Part shown: piece after piece, positions 27,071 through 37,917 of the stretch
Numbering within the stretch: position 1 is the first letter of the stretch
Layout of the letters: every line of letters begins with the position of its first letter
Sequence record: MT701590.1
Source: Klebsiella phage Miami
Length of the DNA: 64,000 nt
Reading direction: 5' to 3' (one strand)
The notes under the pieces: generated by a model
The model's input: only the letters and a program-made list of their open reading frames with translations
Told to the model about the DNA's origin: nothing
The model's database searches: none
Translations under genes and position numbers: made by a program

Positions 27071-28708
27071 ATGACCACACCAACCAAATTACCGATTCCC
27101 AGCAATAACTTGCTGGATTCGAGATTTAACTTTGAGAAGTTAGACCAGATAGTTAATTCCGATGCCAATTATTATACCGATAGATTCGGTAAGAAAAGAT
27201 TTACTTTTAATGGAATATATCTCGCTTTAAAAGGATACTTTGATACTTTAAAATCAAATTTATCTTCAGACGAAGGATATAAAGAAATAGGCGGGTTTTT
27301 TAGTGCTGAGGGACCGGAACAGATAGGCTATCAAAAATATTCCATTTTTGATAGAGTTTTCAAAAGAGGGATGTATGAAATTGATCAAGGGCCTGGAGAT
27401 CCAAAAGGAATTGCCGGAATAACATTTGGTGGGGAAAATAATAAAGGGACGATCCTACTGGATGAAAGAGGGCGTATTCAAACCTATTCCGTAAAAGAAA
27501 ATGTTATTACCGCCGCAAGGGTAGCCATTCCCTATGGAGAACTCTTTGGTCAAGGACCTAATGCCAGTAACTACGACGGGCACATCGTCCATTTCCCTTT
27601 TCCAGGAGGAGAAGACGACAGCCTACATTCGTCTTTAGTTTTTATTCCAAACCAATTAGGCGGTTCTGACGTATGGGTGCGGGGACCGGGGGCGTACGGA
27701 AATTACGACGTTCCTTATCCTAATGCTAAAAAAGTGATGTCTAAACTCGCCAAAGTTAATGATCTTCCACCGGCTATATTAAAATCGAGTACCAACTATA
27801 GCAGCTTTGTTAGCTCGGTAAGTTGGAGCCTGCTTTTTGTTTTAAGAACCGATACTGTTGGACCTATTTTTACCGGTGTTTATATTTCTGGAAACGTTCT
27901 TAGTAATGCGGTATATAGTTATCTCATAGAGGTTAACAATGTCGGAACTTTAGCCCCAACTACAGCGACAGCTAAAGATGTGATGAGGGTGACTTGTCTT
28001 AGGGACCGAGGCGACGCCCAGTGGAGTACCGATAACCAGACTAAATTCGGTTACGTTTACGATAGTGCTAATAACACGCTTTCTTTTTATGCTAAAGATG
28101 CGATACGCAGCGATAACGCGACCTTTATTCCTTGGCGTTACACCGATCAAAATAGTGCAGGTGTTTTAGGCGTAGATGTTAAACAACCTAATAACACTTA
28201 TGTTAGCGTGGAGCCCACTGGAATTGTTTATTTAGATGTCAACGACGCATTAACGAACAACACTTATGTGGATCTAAATGATGGGACTGTCGTAAAGACC
28301 ACCGGTGCAGTGATAAGACTCACTAATGGCATTACTTCAAGCACCAAAACACCCATCACGGGATTATTCAAAAAGAACGATGATTATTGCGCTATTAACC
28401 GAGGATATTCCGGGTTAAATATTGTAACGGCAACGAAATTATCTACGGGAACCTATCAAATTACTGGGGCGACAACTAATAAGACGGGTATAGGGTGGAA
28501 ACTCAAATCCCCGGTTTTTTCTGGTGGGAGCGGGATTCAAAATATAGTTGGGAACATAGTTTCTGATACGGGAACTGTGATTACAATCGAAGTAAGACAA
28601 GTGGTCTACACACTTAATACTACGACTAATGCGATCACCCAATCTCTTGGTGATTTGATTGATATTCCTGCTGATTCATGGGTTGATATCCACACGTCAT
28701 TGAGGTAA
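27071..28708 (+). CDS. tail fibre/tailspike paralog 1 (conserved N-terminal anchor domain)
   Basis: N-terminus MTTPTKLPIPSNN..FNFEKLDQIVNSDANYYTDRFGKKRFT is shared with three other genes in the window. RBS aagagga. Confidence 0.7.
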   Translation: MTTPTKLPIPSNNLLDSRFNFEKLDQIVNSDANYYTDRFGKKRFTFNGIYLALKGYFDTLKSNLSSDEGYKEIGGFFSAEGPEQIGYQKYSIFDRVFKRGMYEIDQGPGDPKGIAGITFGGENNKGTILLDERGRIQTYSVKENVITAARVAIPYGELFGQGPNASNYDGHIVHFPFPGGEDDSLHSSLVFIPNQLGGSDVWVRGPGAYGNYDVPYPNAKKVMSKLAKVNDLPPAILKSSTNYSSFVSSVSWSLLFVLRTDTVGPIFTGVYISGNVLSNAVYSYLIEVNNVGTLAPTTATAKDVMRVTCLRDRGDAQWSTDNQTKFGYVYDSANNTLSFYAKDAIRSDNATFIPWRYTDQNSAGVLGVDVKQPNNTYVSVEPTGIVYLDVNDALTNNTYVDLNDGTVVKTTGAVIRLTNGITSSTKTPITGLFKKNDDYCAINRGYSGLNIVTATKLSTGTYQITGATTNKTGIGWKLKSPVFSGGSGIQNIVGNIVSDTGTVITIEVRQVVYTLNTTTNAITQSLGDLIDIPADSWVDIHTSLR

Positions 28709-28711
28709 ATA

Positions 28712-30391
28712 ATGAATTTTTATTATGTCGATCCTTCTCTTAAAGTAGATGGAAACGGAACGCTGTCATCTCCTTTTAATTCGATGGATTCCTTGGTTGC
28801 TTCCAGCTGGGCGCATCCGATGACCATTCTTATTAAAAGAGGGACATCTTTTAAATGGTCGTATTTAAATAATTCCTTAGCTAATCTTAACTCTGTCTTA
28901 TTTTGTAACCAATCTGGAACGCAAAGCGTTCTTTCTTCTTATGGCGATGGTCCTCTGCCAATATGGTATCCGGCAGATGAAACAAAAAGACACACTTATA
29001 CCATATTTCAAAATTTTTACATAGGTGATCTTCAACTATCTCCTACCCCTGGCGTGGTGCAAACAATGGGGTATCTTTATGGTTGGATAAAGGGAGACAG
29101 TAATGGGTTATGTAACATGGAAATCGGTAATTTAAGATTTATAGGAACGCCTGAATCTATCGGTAAGTCTGCTGGAATGAATGAGGTGGCGTGTATATTG
29201 TTACAGGCGGATTACGTCAGTAGGACGAATATCGCGCACAAAATTTACATCCATGACATATACGGAGACCATGTTAATTGTGGAATAATGGTAAGAGGAA
29301 ATCCACATCTTTCCGATACCACTACTTTTTATGGTGATCAAAGAAAAAGTTATGGGGTAAGAATACTGGATATCTCTTTTACAAACATAATCAATTACGG
29401 CATCAAGCTCTGTGGCGCAACCAGTAAAAATAAAAATAAAAATGTGAGGGGGGATGAATGGGAATCCGGATTCGATGGGGTTTATTACTCTTCTTACAAA
29501 ACAAACGTTTATAATCCAAACACCGATCCAAAAGGTTCAACTGGTCGTGCCGATGTTCCCATTTGGATTACTATGTGTTCTTATATCACGGGGCAGAATT
29601 TCGAGATTCACGGATCAGGGCCTGGTCTTCCCGATAGACAATCGTTGGATTTTGATTATCATACCAACAATTGTACTTTTCGATATGGGTATTGTACTAA
29701 CAACGCCAGAGGTCCGATGTTTATACAAGGCCCTTATAGCAACTCTTGGTATGCTGCACAAGGATATACTGCGCCGAGCTCGGATCCGTACACTTTATAT
29801 AAGACATTAGGGTGCGGTGTAATAAATAATGTCATTGAATACGTGACGTTCTATAACGACGGAATCGGCAGAACCGACGAGGTTAGTACATTTAAATGGA
29901 CGAAACCACAAGTTTATCGGTATTGCTATGACAACACCATCAGAAACTGTCTTTTTATCGATTCAGCCACCAGAACGGGTGATAACATTGTAGGGGCGAA
30001 CCCTCAGACTGATGATGATGCAACCGCTAATTCTCTTAGCATCGATAGCTGTATTTTTTATTGGAGAATAAGAGACGAAAGCGATTTAATCTCATCGTCT
30101 GTTGTGACGTCATTTGGAGCCTTACTCCAAAAAATCAGTTTCAAAAACTGTTTGATTTTTTCTAAGTCGTGGGCTACCACGCCATCATTACCTGGCGTGG
30201 TTACATCGGGAATCCTTTACGCAGATCCTAAATTTAAAAATGAAATCCCAACTGTTCCTCCTTCCGGATTTAAAGAAGCGATGAATATTTTGAGGTTATC
30301 AAGTAGTTCTCCTGCTTTATCCGCGGGTACCATTAATCCGAATCCAGATAGTTGGGGCAACACAGGAAAAAATATAGGGTGGGAACAATAA
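28712..30391 (+). CDS. tailspike-associated right-handed beta-helix protein (pectate-lyase-fold depolymerase candidate), lacks anchor domain
   Basis: Starts 3 nt after paralog 1. N-terminus FYYVDPSLKVDGNGTLSSPF..ILIKRGTSF is typical of beta-helix glycanase/lyase domains. 559 aa. Confidence 0.55.
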   Translation: MNFYYVDPSLKVDGNGTLSSPFNSMDSLVASSWAHPMTILIKRGTSFKWSYLNNSLANLNSVLFCNQSGTQSVLSSYGDGPLPIWYPADETKRHTYTIFQNFYIGDLQLSPTPGVVQTMGYLYGWIKGDSNGLCNMEIGNLRFIGTPESIGKSAGMNEVACILLQADYVSRTNIAHKIYIHDIYGDHVNCGIMVRGNPHLSDTTTFYGDQRKSYGVRILDISFTNIINYGIKLCGATSKNKNKNVRGDEWESGFDGVYYSSYKTNVYNPNTDPKGSTGRADVPIWITMCSYITGQNFEIHGSGPGLPDRQSLDFDYHTNNCTFRYGYCTNNARGPMFIQGPYSNSWYAAQGYTAPSSDPYTLYKTLGCGVINNVIEYVTFYNDGIGRTDEVSTFKWTKPQVYRYCYDNTIRNCLFIDSATRTGDNIVGANPQTDDDATANSLSIDSCIFYWRIRDESDLISSSVVTSFGALLQKISFKNCLIFSKSWATTPSLPGVVTSGILYADPKFKNEIPTVPPSGFKEAMNILRLSSSSPALSAGTINPNPDSWGNTGKNIGWEQ

Positions 30392-30399
30392 TCTAACAA

Positions 30400-30432
30400 T
30401 TACTACTGGTCGGTATTTCCGACCAGTAGTAA
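30400..30432 (+). terminator. terminator-like hairpin
   Basis: 13-bp stem TTACTACTGGTCGG/CGACCAGTAGTAA after the depolymerase-like gene. Confidence 0.5.
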
Positions 30433-30512
30433 CCTTCTCGATTTTATGCTGATCTAAATTCAGTAGACTTGCGCAAGTCTTTACAATTTATTTATTCATA
30501 AGGAGTAACCTC

Positions 30513-32627
30513 GTGGCTACAACTCCAACTACGGGTGATATCCCCAGCAATGCTGCGGTGGACCTCAAGTTTAACTCGGAACAATTCGACCGAGTGATGA
30601 ATTCTGACGATCTGACTTATACAGATCGGTTTGGTAAAAAACGCATTACGATGAAAGGTGTACAAGAACTAGCTAACGGGTTCCAGGATACTTTCACTAA
30701 TCTGCTGGGTTCTCCTGACGGGTTCAAATTAATCGGCGGAGTTAAATCTTTTGATACTTTAAGATCGACCCCGGTGAAAACGGAAGGCCAGCGTATTTTT
30801 CTTAAGTCTTATTATGAAAACGGCTCTACCGGCGGTGGTATTTTTATTGGTCATATCGGCACTAAGTTAGATGACGGCGGTACTGTTGCCCAGGGCGTGG
30901 GCTTTTATTGGGAAAGGGTTGGGTCAGAAATAAAACTCGCCGATTACGGGATTTACCAGCAAAATATTTCCGTGGGAACCCCCGTCGACATGTCCGGATT
31001 ATTGCAGAGTGCAATAAATCAAGCGATTTCTCGCAAAACCCATATCGTTACAGGCATGGGAAACGAAAACCATTATATAAAATCAGGGATTTATATAAAA
31101 AATGGGATTACCATAACAGGACTCAAAGGGATCACGGGTCCGCTCCCATTATTTCTAGACTCATCTGTTTTCTCAGGAATAACAGCGCCTGGGTACAGTG
31201 TTCCATGGGCCCTAACTAACCTTAACGCCACGTACGACGCTACAGGAATGATCTTCGGGACATCGATAGGAAACCAGTTAATCGATTCAATAACGATAAG
31301 AGATATTAACTCAAGACATTCCAAATTGGGCGGGCAGCTTCATACATTTAGCGGAACGGTAATTAGAGGGGCTTTATGTTCAACTGGTTTCGACGGGCCA
31401 GGGGTTTACTTGTCGAGCTGTTATGATTCGTCAATTCTTGATGTCCGGGCCATCAGTTGCGGTAACACGTCTTATTGGGGTGTTTCTTTCGAGAGTTATC
31501 CGGCATCAACAGCGTCAACATTGGATACTTCCAATCACTTAACCGTTGGGTCTGTTGAAGTTCACGATTGTTACGACAAATGTTTAAACCTGAATGCTTC
31601 TTCAAGCATGATATCTCATATCCATGAAGAGGCTTCTTACGTCACCGACACCACTACTTGGTCTTCGGCGACGGTCTCGACTAATGGATTTGGATGGACC
31701 AACACCATTCTTTCCGGAGCCTGGTCCGTTTATGGAACAGTTAGAATTCTTCCTACTTCTTCTACTGACAGTAATCACGTAACGACGATCGTTTCTGATC
31801 AGCTAGAAATAGGGTCGATTAACACCACGGGTAATGTCAGTCTCCATTTCTCGTACACGACCGTAAAAAGGGGAATCTCCATAGGTACGGCGGATATAGC
31901 AAAGAATCTCTATGTTACTTCCGATGTTCCTGGAGAAATAGGTTACTGTCAATTGATAGGCGATGCGTCCGTAGCCACCATCTTATCTAACTCATTAAAT
32001 TTTGAATATCTTAATATTCCTGGATCTTCCGGATCGGTTAGTTCCGCCGGAGGCGTGTTTGGAAAGGTCGTGTGTAAAACGGCCAGTTTTAGTTCTTCCG
32101 TAATTCATAAAGGGTCATTTACGACATTGAATTTGTTAGGTAAAACTTACGTTAGGGATGTTGGGGCGGCAGCACTGGTCGTTTCAGGAGGAAAAAATAA
32201 AATAGAGGATTCCTATATTTCTGGGAATGCAACTTTAGACGGCGGCGGAACAATATTTAACACGGACATAGCCGGACCCGCATCCTTTACTGGATCGTGG
32301 GCGTCGAGAATGAATAGAGTTAATGGAAATTACTCTATTGGATCTTCCTCAGCTGAGACGTACGCGTCAGAACATAGTAACATTTTCGTAAACGGTCAGC
32401 TTTCAATCAATGGATACGCTAAAGCATCGTTAGAAAAAATGACCGTGGGTAACATCTACTTCAATGTTACTGGCGGATGGTGTACTTTAGAAAAAATAAA
32501 GATGGCCGGGGCTTTAAGTGGAAACCCAATAAGCGCAACAAATATTCCTGGGTACGGGTCGGTAACAACCAATCCTTCTACCGGGGCGATCTATGTTTAT
32601 AAATCCACAGGATGGACGGAATTATAA
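30513..32627 (+). CDS. tail fibre/tailspike paralog 2 (conserved N-terminal anchor domain)
   Basis: GTG start after aaggagtaacctc. N-terminus MATTPTTGDIPSN..FNSEQFDRVMNSDDLTYTDRFGKKRIT. Confidence 0.7.
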   Translation: MATTPTTGDIPSNAAVDLKFNSEQFDRVMNSDDLTYTDRFGKKRITMKGVQELANGFQDTFTNLLGSPDGFKLIGGVKSFDTLRSTPVKTEGQRIFLKSYYENGSTGGGIFIGHIGTKLDDGGTVAQGVGFYWERVGSEIKLADYGIYQQNISVGTPVDMSGLLQSAINQAISRKTHIVTGMGNENHYIKSGIYIKNGITITGLKGITGPLPLFLDSSVFSGITAPGYSVPWALTNLNATYDATGMIFGTSIGNQLIDSITIRDINSRHSKLGGQLHTFSGTVIRGALCSTGFDGPGVYLSSCYDSSILDVRAISCGNTSYWGVSFESYPASTASTLDTSNHLTVGSVEVHDCYDKCLNLNASSSMISHIHEEASYVTDTTTWSSATVSTNGFGWTNTILSGAWSVYGTVRILPTSSTDSNHVTTIVSDQLEIGSINTTGNVSLHFSYTTVKRGISIGTADIAKNLYVTSDVPGEIGYCQLIGDASVATILSNSLNFEYLNIPGSSGSVSSAGGVFGKVVCKTASFSSSVIHKGSFTTLNLLGKTYVRDVGAAALVVSGGKNKIEDSYISGNATLDGGGTIFNTDIAGPASFTGSWASRMNRVNGNYSIGSSSAETYASEHSNIFVNGQLSINGYAKASLEKMTVGNIYFNVTGGWCTLEKIKMAGALSGNPISATNIPGYGSVTTNPSTGAIYVYKSTGWTEL

Positions 32628-32692
32628 ATTTAAAATCAATCTTATTTCCCTGACGGACGTCAGGGAAATGGCTATTAAAGAAAGGCTAGAAC

Positions 32693-35600
32693 ATGACCAC
32701 GCCAACCGATAAAGATATACCGAGTAACTCGGTACAAGATAGACTGTATAACGCCGAGAAATTTGATGAGTTTATGAACTCGGATAATGTCAATTACACT
32801 GACCGTAAAGGAAAAAGCAGATGGACATTATCGGGTATTAGACAAGCCGTCCAAAATTGGATGGATACTCTGAAAACCAGTTCAGGGGCTTCAGCTATCG
32901 GCTACGGTACGAGCACAGTCGCCGATGAAATCGCTAAGACGGTCAAGCAGCAGATCACTTTCTCAACCGGCGGCACACTGAATACACCGTTAGATCGTAT
33001 AAGTGACGGAACGTATTTGTATTACTGGACCGGTGTATTCCCGAAACAAATCCCGGCGAATTCAACAATTGATTCAACCGGCGGCATGGGAGTTGGTGCG
33101 TGGGCCGCGGATACCGATTCATTATTGAGAAAAAAATTATCAGATGAGGGCGGTTCTCAGCTTATTTTCGGGTTAGGAAACATAATCGGGACAGTCGTCG
33201 AGATCCTGAATTCCACAGAATCCCCCCAGATATATCAGGCAAATGGGTTTTATGCGCAGAATGACGGCGGCGAAGGCGTTTGGGTAGCGACGGGGAATAC
33301 CTCTCCTGAATTATCAGGTAAACACGTGCCATCAAGCGCGGCGGTATACAACGCAAATGGCGTCGAATATCAACTGAAAGTACAATCTGGATTTGAATTA
33401 TCAGCAAAAGCTAACGGATCTAAGCCAGTCAGCAATGTCGATGCTCAAACCGAAGATTTCGTATGTCTTGGTGAAGTAGTGAACGGTATCACGTCGCGTG
33501 TCAAAACTATGAGCAATGACGACGATTTTTGGACGTACCTAAAAGTCACCATACCGTCCGAGACCCCATTACGTATCGGGAAAAGCAGTATCAAGGCTTA
33601 TTCGCGCTTGACGTTAGATTTTCAGCAGGCTTCAATTTACGTCAGGCCGAGCCCGTCAAAACGCCAGGAAGTCACCGGCGTTTATATGAACGCCATCGAG
33701 CGCGGTATTGAAGATATCAAGGCGATATCCGCAAAGTATGCCGGTAAGACGTCTTACTTTAATATGACCGTTTCGAATTTTCACATCATCGGTGGGAAGT
33801 TCTTCGGCGACCATAACACTGATAAGGGGGTTGCGAATTGCAGTACCGGCACTGGATTGCTCACTTACAATTTAGAAGAGTCCAGCGTCACTAATACGTG
33901 GTTCCAGGGATTTGCTTGTGGGCGTCAATACGTCCGCACCGTGTCCGGTTATTATTTCGATAACCTTGGGCGCAAAATAACGGGCACGCTGGTTCCAGAA
34001 GTTGCTTCTTCAGCCACTGGTTCTTATGAGGGCGTTAAGGAATGGTCCGTCACGGCTTATGGCTGCCGTTACATGTACCTGAGAACTGTCAGTAACTGGG
34101 CGAGATTCGAGAACTGCAAATTCGGTACCTACGCTGACTGGGGGTCAAGCCCTGATGGCAACCAGTGCGAATACTTCATTGAGAACCGAGGAGCCGGTGT
34201 AGTATTCAGTGGCGGTGTGATTGAAGCCAATACCTCGGCCGCCAACCCAACAAAAGGCTTTGTGAGGGACTTCGCCCGCGGGTGTACGTTCACAGGTATC
34301 TACTACGAGAACTGCCTGTCGGCTGGGTGGGTCATCACCACTCCTGAAAAGAGCCAGTACAACCGAGCTAATGGACTGTTCCTTACAGCTATTGGGAGTC
34401 AGTATACTGGATCGTCGAAGGGCGCCCCCCTGGTTAAATTTGAACCGGGATACTTTGGCTCATACGACGCTACTACGGGGCTGTATAAAACAGGTGGTTG
34501 GGAAACAAATTACCAGTATTCGGGTGGGGTTAACACCTGGTCTGTAGGTCAACCTGTTTTAGATTCCGGGGCTTTCCCTCACGGTGGGTATGACTTTAAA
34601 TATGGGACTTACGGGATCCATTATTCTGGAGCTGCGCCGGATGTAGACTCGCTTCGGGACACCCCTGAAGGTAATGAGTTTCTGTCTCAATATGGATTAC
34701 TGGTTAACTCCGGAGTTTTGTTATTCCCTGAATTATCCCCGGCATATCACTCTAACATCGTAGTTTGGTATAAAGACCTGACGGGTAACTTTGACCCAAG
34801 GGGTATTGTTGTTGGTGATTTCGACAATAACAACGTGTCTGATGGGACCAGCAATGCGCTCTACCGTACTAATGGGTTTAATTACTATGACTACGGTAAT
34901 GGGTATAAGGCGGCCATTGTGCCCTACGTTAACCCGCGCCCACTCGATAACAGGATGACAACGTCTGCCGGACGCAAGTTAAAAATTACTGTAACCAGTG
35001 ACGCTCCTATTATCCTGAAAAGCATTCAGGCGTTCGTAGGGGGGACTCCGATATTCCCGCCAGCCGTTAAGGAATATGTGCCTCGTTCACAACGAGACCG
35101 CATATGGGGTACTATGACTGGTGCCTCTACGAATTCTGGTGCGTATTACGGTCCACTGATTGGCGGCGGTATCTTCCGACCAGGTGATGTAGTGTTACCT
35201 TTTACGCCGTTCCAGAACCCCTTGTTGCTGGATCCGCTAACGTACACAGATATTTCCGGGACCTTTGGCTCGAGCGCAGAAATCGTTACTATTACCGGTG
35301 GTGCGACCTGGGGAGCTGGATTATCCGGTAAAACCATCGCCCTTACAGTAGTAGACCAAGACGCAACCCATGGCTGGACAACCGTCTCGGTACCGTCTGA
35401 CAGTTTGGCATACATCTTAACCGGGATGCCGGTTAACATAACGGCAAACTCCTCCGGGGGGGGTACAGGGTTTATAAATATTGTACGCAGGATTATTAAT
35501 TCCGATGGGACTCTGAGCAATAATTACGTGTTGTCCGGTACCCTTGGGGCCCCTGGTACGACCCTAACAGCGTCAACAAACGGGAGTTATACATTGCGCT

Positions 35601-36334
35601 CTGGGGTGTCTTCGACGCTTTCTGGTGTTTCTGGTTCGTTCAGTTCTGGATCGTGGTTAGGTTCGTCATCTGGAGATTTGCGCGTAGGGTATGGGGCTTC
35701 ATCTTCTAGTACGCGTCAAATACGTTACTACTACAACGGCACGGATGTGTCCGCCGGGATAGGGTCTAATGGTCTTACCTCCTTGTACTTAACAGGTACA
35801 GGCGGGATCACCCTCAATGGGTCTTTACTAACAAGTACAAGCTACTCATTTGGTAGTGCGTCGGCATACCCAGCGAACATCTACTCTCAAAACGCCGTAA
35901 CAGTAGTCTCTGACGAGAACTACAAAACCGACATAGTAGAGTTAGAAGATGCTGAGATTGAGTGCGCTAAAGCCTGCGCCAAGTTGTATCGCCGCTATAA
36001 GTTGAAAACAGCCGTAGCTTTAAAAGGTGAAGATGGGGCCAGATACCATGTGGGTACCATTGCTCAACTTGTTATGCAGGCTTTCACTGACGCTGGTCTG
36101 GACTGGACGAAGTACGGGATCATTACTTATGAGTCTTGGGAAGATTCCGATGCAGTTTTTGAAACTGTGGGTGCTACCTATGATGAAGAAGGTAATGAGT
36201 TAACTCCTGAAACTACTGTAGAAGTTACTCCTGCTAAAAAGGCCGGGGAAATCTACATGGTTCGCTACGACGAATTTAATAGTTTCGTTATGGCTGGACT
36301 AGAAGCGCGGATTCAAGACCTAGAGATTAAGTGA
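32693..36334 (+). CDS. tail fibre/tailspike paralog 3 with C-terminal intramolecular chaperone (peptidase S74-like) domain
   Basis: N-terminus MTTPTDKDIPSN..YNAEKFDEFMNSDNVNYTDRKGKSRWT. C-terminus SDENYKTDI...YHVGTIAQLVMQAF matches the auto-cleaving chaperone of endosialidase and T5 pb1-type fibres. Confidence 0.75.
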   Translation: MTTPTDKDIPSNSVQDRLYNAEKFDEFMNSDNVNYTDRKGKSRWTLSGIRQAVQNWMDTLKTSSGASAIGYGTSTVADEIAKTVKQQITFSTGGTLNTPLDRISDGTYLYYWTGVFPKQIPANSTIDSTGGMGVGAWAADTDSLLRKKLSDEGGSQLIFGLGNIIGTVVEILNSTESPQIYQANGFYAQNDGGEGVWVATGNTSPELSGKHVPSSAAVYNANGVEYQLKVQSGFELSAKANGSKPVSNVDAQTEDFVCLGEVVNGITSRVKTMSNDDDFWTYLKVTIPSETPLRIGKSSIKAYSRLTLDFQQASIYVRPSPSKRQEVTGVYMNAIERGIEDIKAISAKYAGKTSYFNMTVSNFHIIGGKFFGDHNTDKGVANCSTGTGLLTYNLEESSVTNTWFQGFACGRQYVRTVSGYYFDNLGRKITGTLVPEVASSATGSYEGVKEWSVTAYGCRYMYLRTVSNWARFENCKFGTYADWGSSPDGNQCEYFIENRGAGVVFSGGVIEANTSAANPTKGFVRDFARGCTFTGIYYENCLSAGWVITTPEKSQYNRANGLFLTAIGSQYTGSSKGAPLVKFEPGYFGSYDATTGLYKTGGWETNYQYSGGVNTWSVGQPVLDSGAFPHGGYDFKYGTYGIHYSGAAPDVDSLRDTPEGNEFLSQYGLLVNSGVLLFPELSPAYHSNIVVWYKDLTGNFDPRGIVVGDFDNNNVSDGTSNALYRTNGFNYYDYGNGYKAAIVPYVNPRPLDNRMTTSAGRKLKITVTSDAPIILKSIQAFVGGTPIFPPAVKEYVPRSQRDRIWGTMTGASTNSGAYYGPLIGGGIFRPGDVVLPFTPFQNPLLLDPLTYTDISGTFGSSAEIVTITGGATWGAGLSGKTIALTVVDQDATHGWTTVSVPSDSLAYILTGMPVNITANSSGGGTGFINIVRRIINSDGTLSNNYVLSGTLGAPGTTLTASTNGSYTLRSGVSSTLSGVSGSFSSGSWLGSSSGDLRVGYGASSSSTRQIRYYYNGTDVSAGIGSNGLTSLYLTGTGGITLNGSLLTSTSYSFGSASAYPANIYSQNAVTVVSDENYKTDIVELEDAEIECAKACAKLYRRYKLKTAVALKGEDGARYHVGTIAQLVMQAFTDAGLDWTKYGIITYESWEDSDAVFETVGATYDEEGNELTPETTVEVTPAKKAGEIYMVRYDEFNSFVMAGLEARIQDLEIK

Positions 36335-36473
36335 TTAATAACTCACAATTGATGTGGGGACCGGTGACGAGTGATAGAATCTGTAAGAGGTGACATCGTT
36401 ACAGATTTTTTGTTACCGCACCGGTCGATGTTATGAAAGGATCATGGTTTTATCACACACAGCAGGTACTTAT

Positions 36474-37247
36474 ATGCATAATCGTAGTGTTAAGCGTGCT
36501 AACCGCGACGCTCGTCGCGAAGCAAGACGTCAAGATAAGTCCCAAAGTAGTCAACTGAAACTGGTGGACAACAATTTCAGTGAAGTAAACCTACCTCTTG
36601 CAAAAGCTGATCGGAGTAAGATTGAGCCGAAAACCCCAATGCAACAAAAATATTGGGATGGGTTACACGCCCACGATGTCGTCATCGGTATTGGTGAAGC
36701 GGGTAGCGGTAAAACGTTCCTCCCGACTTGTTACGCTGCAGAACGTCTGCTGGCTAAAGACGTGGAAAAGATTATCGTTACACGACCAGTCCTACAGGCC
36801 GATGAAGATCTGGGTTTTCTCCCCGGGGATGTTAATGAGAAATTCGCACCTTACTTCCGACCGGTCTACGATATCTTACTGAAGCGCCTGGGTGGTGGAA
36901 TGCTTAACTATTGCATGAAGCCTGGCGTGGAGAAAGTTGAAGTCGCCCCCTTTGCTTTTATGAGAGGTCGTACTTTTTCTGACTCAGTAGTGATTCTTGA
37001 CGAAGCGCAAAACGTTACAGTTATGCAGATGAAAATGTTCATCACTCGTATGGGTGAGAACACTACGGTAATCATCAACGGCGACCTTACCCAGTGCGAT
37101 CTTCCTAAAGGAGTTAAATCCGGTCTGGAAGATCTGCTGGAACGCATTGAACGAGATCCTGAAAATGGATTCCCGATTTATCGTTTCAATGCGGCTGATA
37201 GTGTGCGGTCAGAGATTTGTTCCAAAGCCCTGAAACTTTATAAGTAA
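36474..37247 (+). CDS. phoH: PhoH-like ATPase
   Basis: Walker A GIGEAGSGKTFL, LGFLPGD, APFAFMRGRT, Walker B VILDEAQN. The start was moved to ATG 36474 (RBS aggt), because the track ORF starts upstream in the intergenic region. Confidence 0.8.
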   Translation: MHNRSVKRANRDARREARRQDKSQSSQLKLVDNNFSEVNLPLAKADRSKIEPKTPMQQKYWDGLHAHDVVIGIGEAGSGKTFLPTCYAAERLLAKDVEKIIVTRPVLQADEDLGFLPGDVNEKFAPYFRPVYDILLKRLGGGMLNYCMKPGVEKVEVAPFAFMRGRTFSDSVVILDEAQNVTVMQMKMFITRMGENTTVIINGDLTQCDLPKGVKSGLEDLLERIERDPENGFPIYRFNAADSVRSEICSKALKLYK

Positions 37248-37256
37248 GTTCTAATA

Positions 37257-37291
37257 ACTCCTACTCCCGATAAGGGAGTAGGAGTTATTTT
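37257..37291 (+). repeat. repeat-family hairpin copy 2 (terminator)
   Basis: AACTCCTACTCCC-GATAA-GGGAGTAGGAGTT followed by ATTTTAAA. After phoH. Confidence 0.65.
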
Positions 37292-37337
37292 AAACGCACC
37301 ACGACCATTTATGAACTTTTCATAAGAGACTGTAATC

Positions 37338-37805
37338 ATGAACCTCATGTACGACAATTACTACGGAAAAGAAATACTTGGATTGGGTTTAGAGGGTGAA
37401 GTCATCACAATGCTAAATTTGGCGATGGCTGATATTAATCACTTCGCTAAGAAAAGTATCGCTAAAGATATCAACCCCTATCCGTTCAATCTGGAAGATT
37501 TTAAGCACAACCGTTTTAACGAACACTACTTCCTCGTTTTTGATGGGAAGAAAATAGTGTCGATTCTATCCGTCGTTTACGCTTTAGAGCATCATCTCAA
37601 AATAGCTAAAATCTTTAACGTTTATACGTTACCGGAGTATCGCCATAAAGGGCTTGCTAAACGCAACCTAATCGCCGCTATCGTGTCGGCAAGATCAAAT
37701 GGGTACATTGTGCAGTTAAACGTTTACAGGTCTAATAAAGCCGCTCAGAGGCTTTACAAGAGCCTTAAATTTAAACCCGTCGAATACACTATGCAGCTCG
37801 GTTAA
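37338..37805 (+). CDS. GNAT-family N-acetyltransferase
   Basis: GNAT motif A YRHKGLAKRNL. 155 aa. Confidence 0.65.
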   Translation: MNLMYDNYYGKEILGLGLEGEVITMLNLAMADINHFAKKSIAKDINPYPFNLEDFKHNRFNEHYFLVFDGKKIVSILSVVYALEHHLKIAKIFNVYTLPEYRHKGLAKRNLIAAIVSARSNGYIVQLNVYRSNKAAQRLYKSLKFKPVEYTMQLG

Positions 37806-37917
37806 TTTTAACGACCATAATGTTTTATTGGTAATAAACGAGAATACGTTGTTTTAAACATCGGTTTGAAATAACACGTTCTCATTTTAAACAATAAATA
37901 AAAAGGTAATAGCCGTT

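Noticed and set aside
21248-32630. General use of the T4-late promoter TATAAATA in front of structural genes
   Set aside because: Only one exact TATAAATA (21248) and one TATAAATT (32623) were found. Other tailspike genes, for example upstream of 27071 and 30513, lack it and instead share ATTTTATGCT. A global late-promoter call is therefore not supported from this window.
36390-36473. Track start of the PhoH ORF at 36390 (MTSLQIFCYRTGRC...)
   Set aside because: The first 28 codons are Cys/Arg-rich and lie in the intergenic region without an RBS. ATG 36474 has AGGT 7 nt upstream and gives the usual PhoH N-terminal length.
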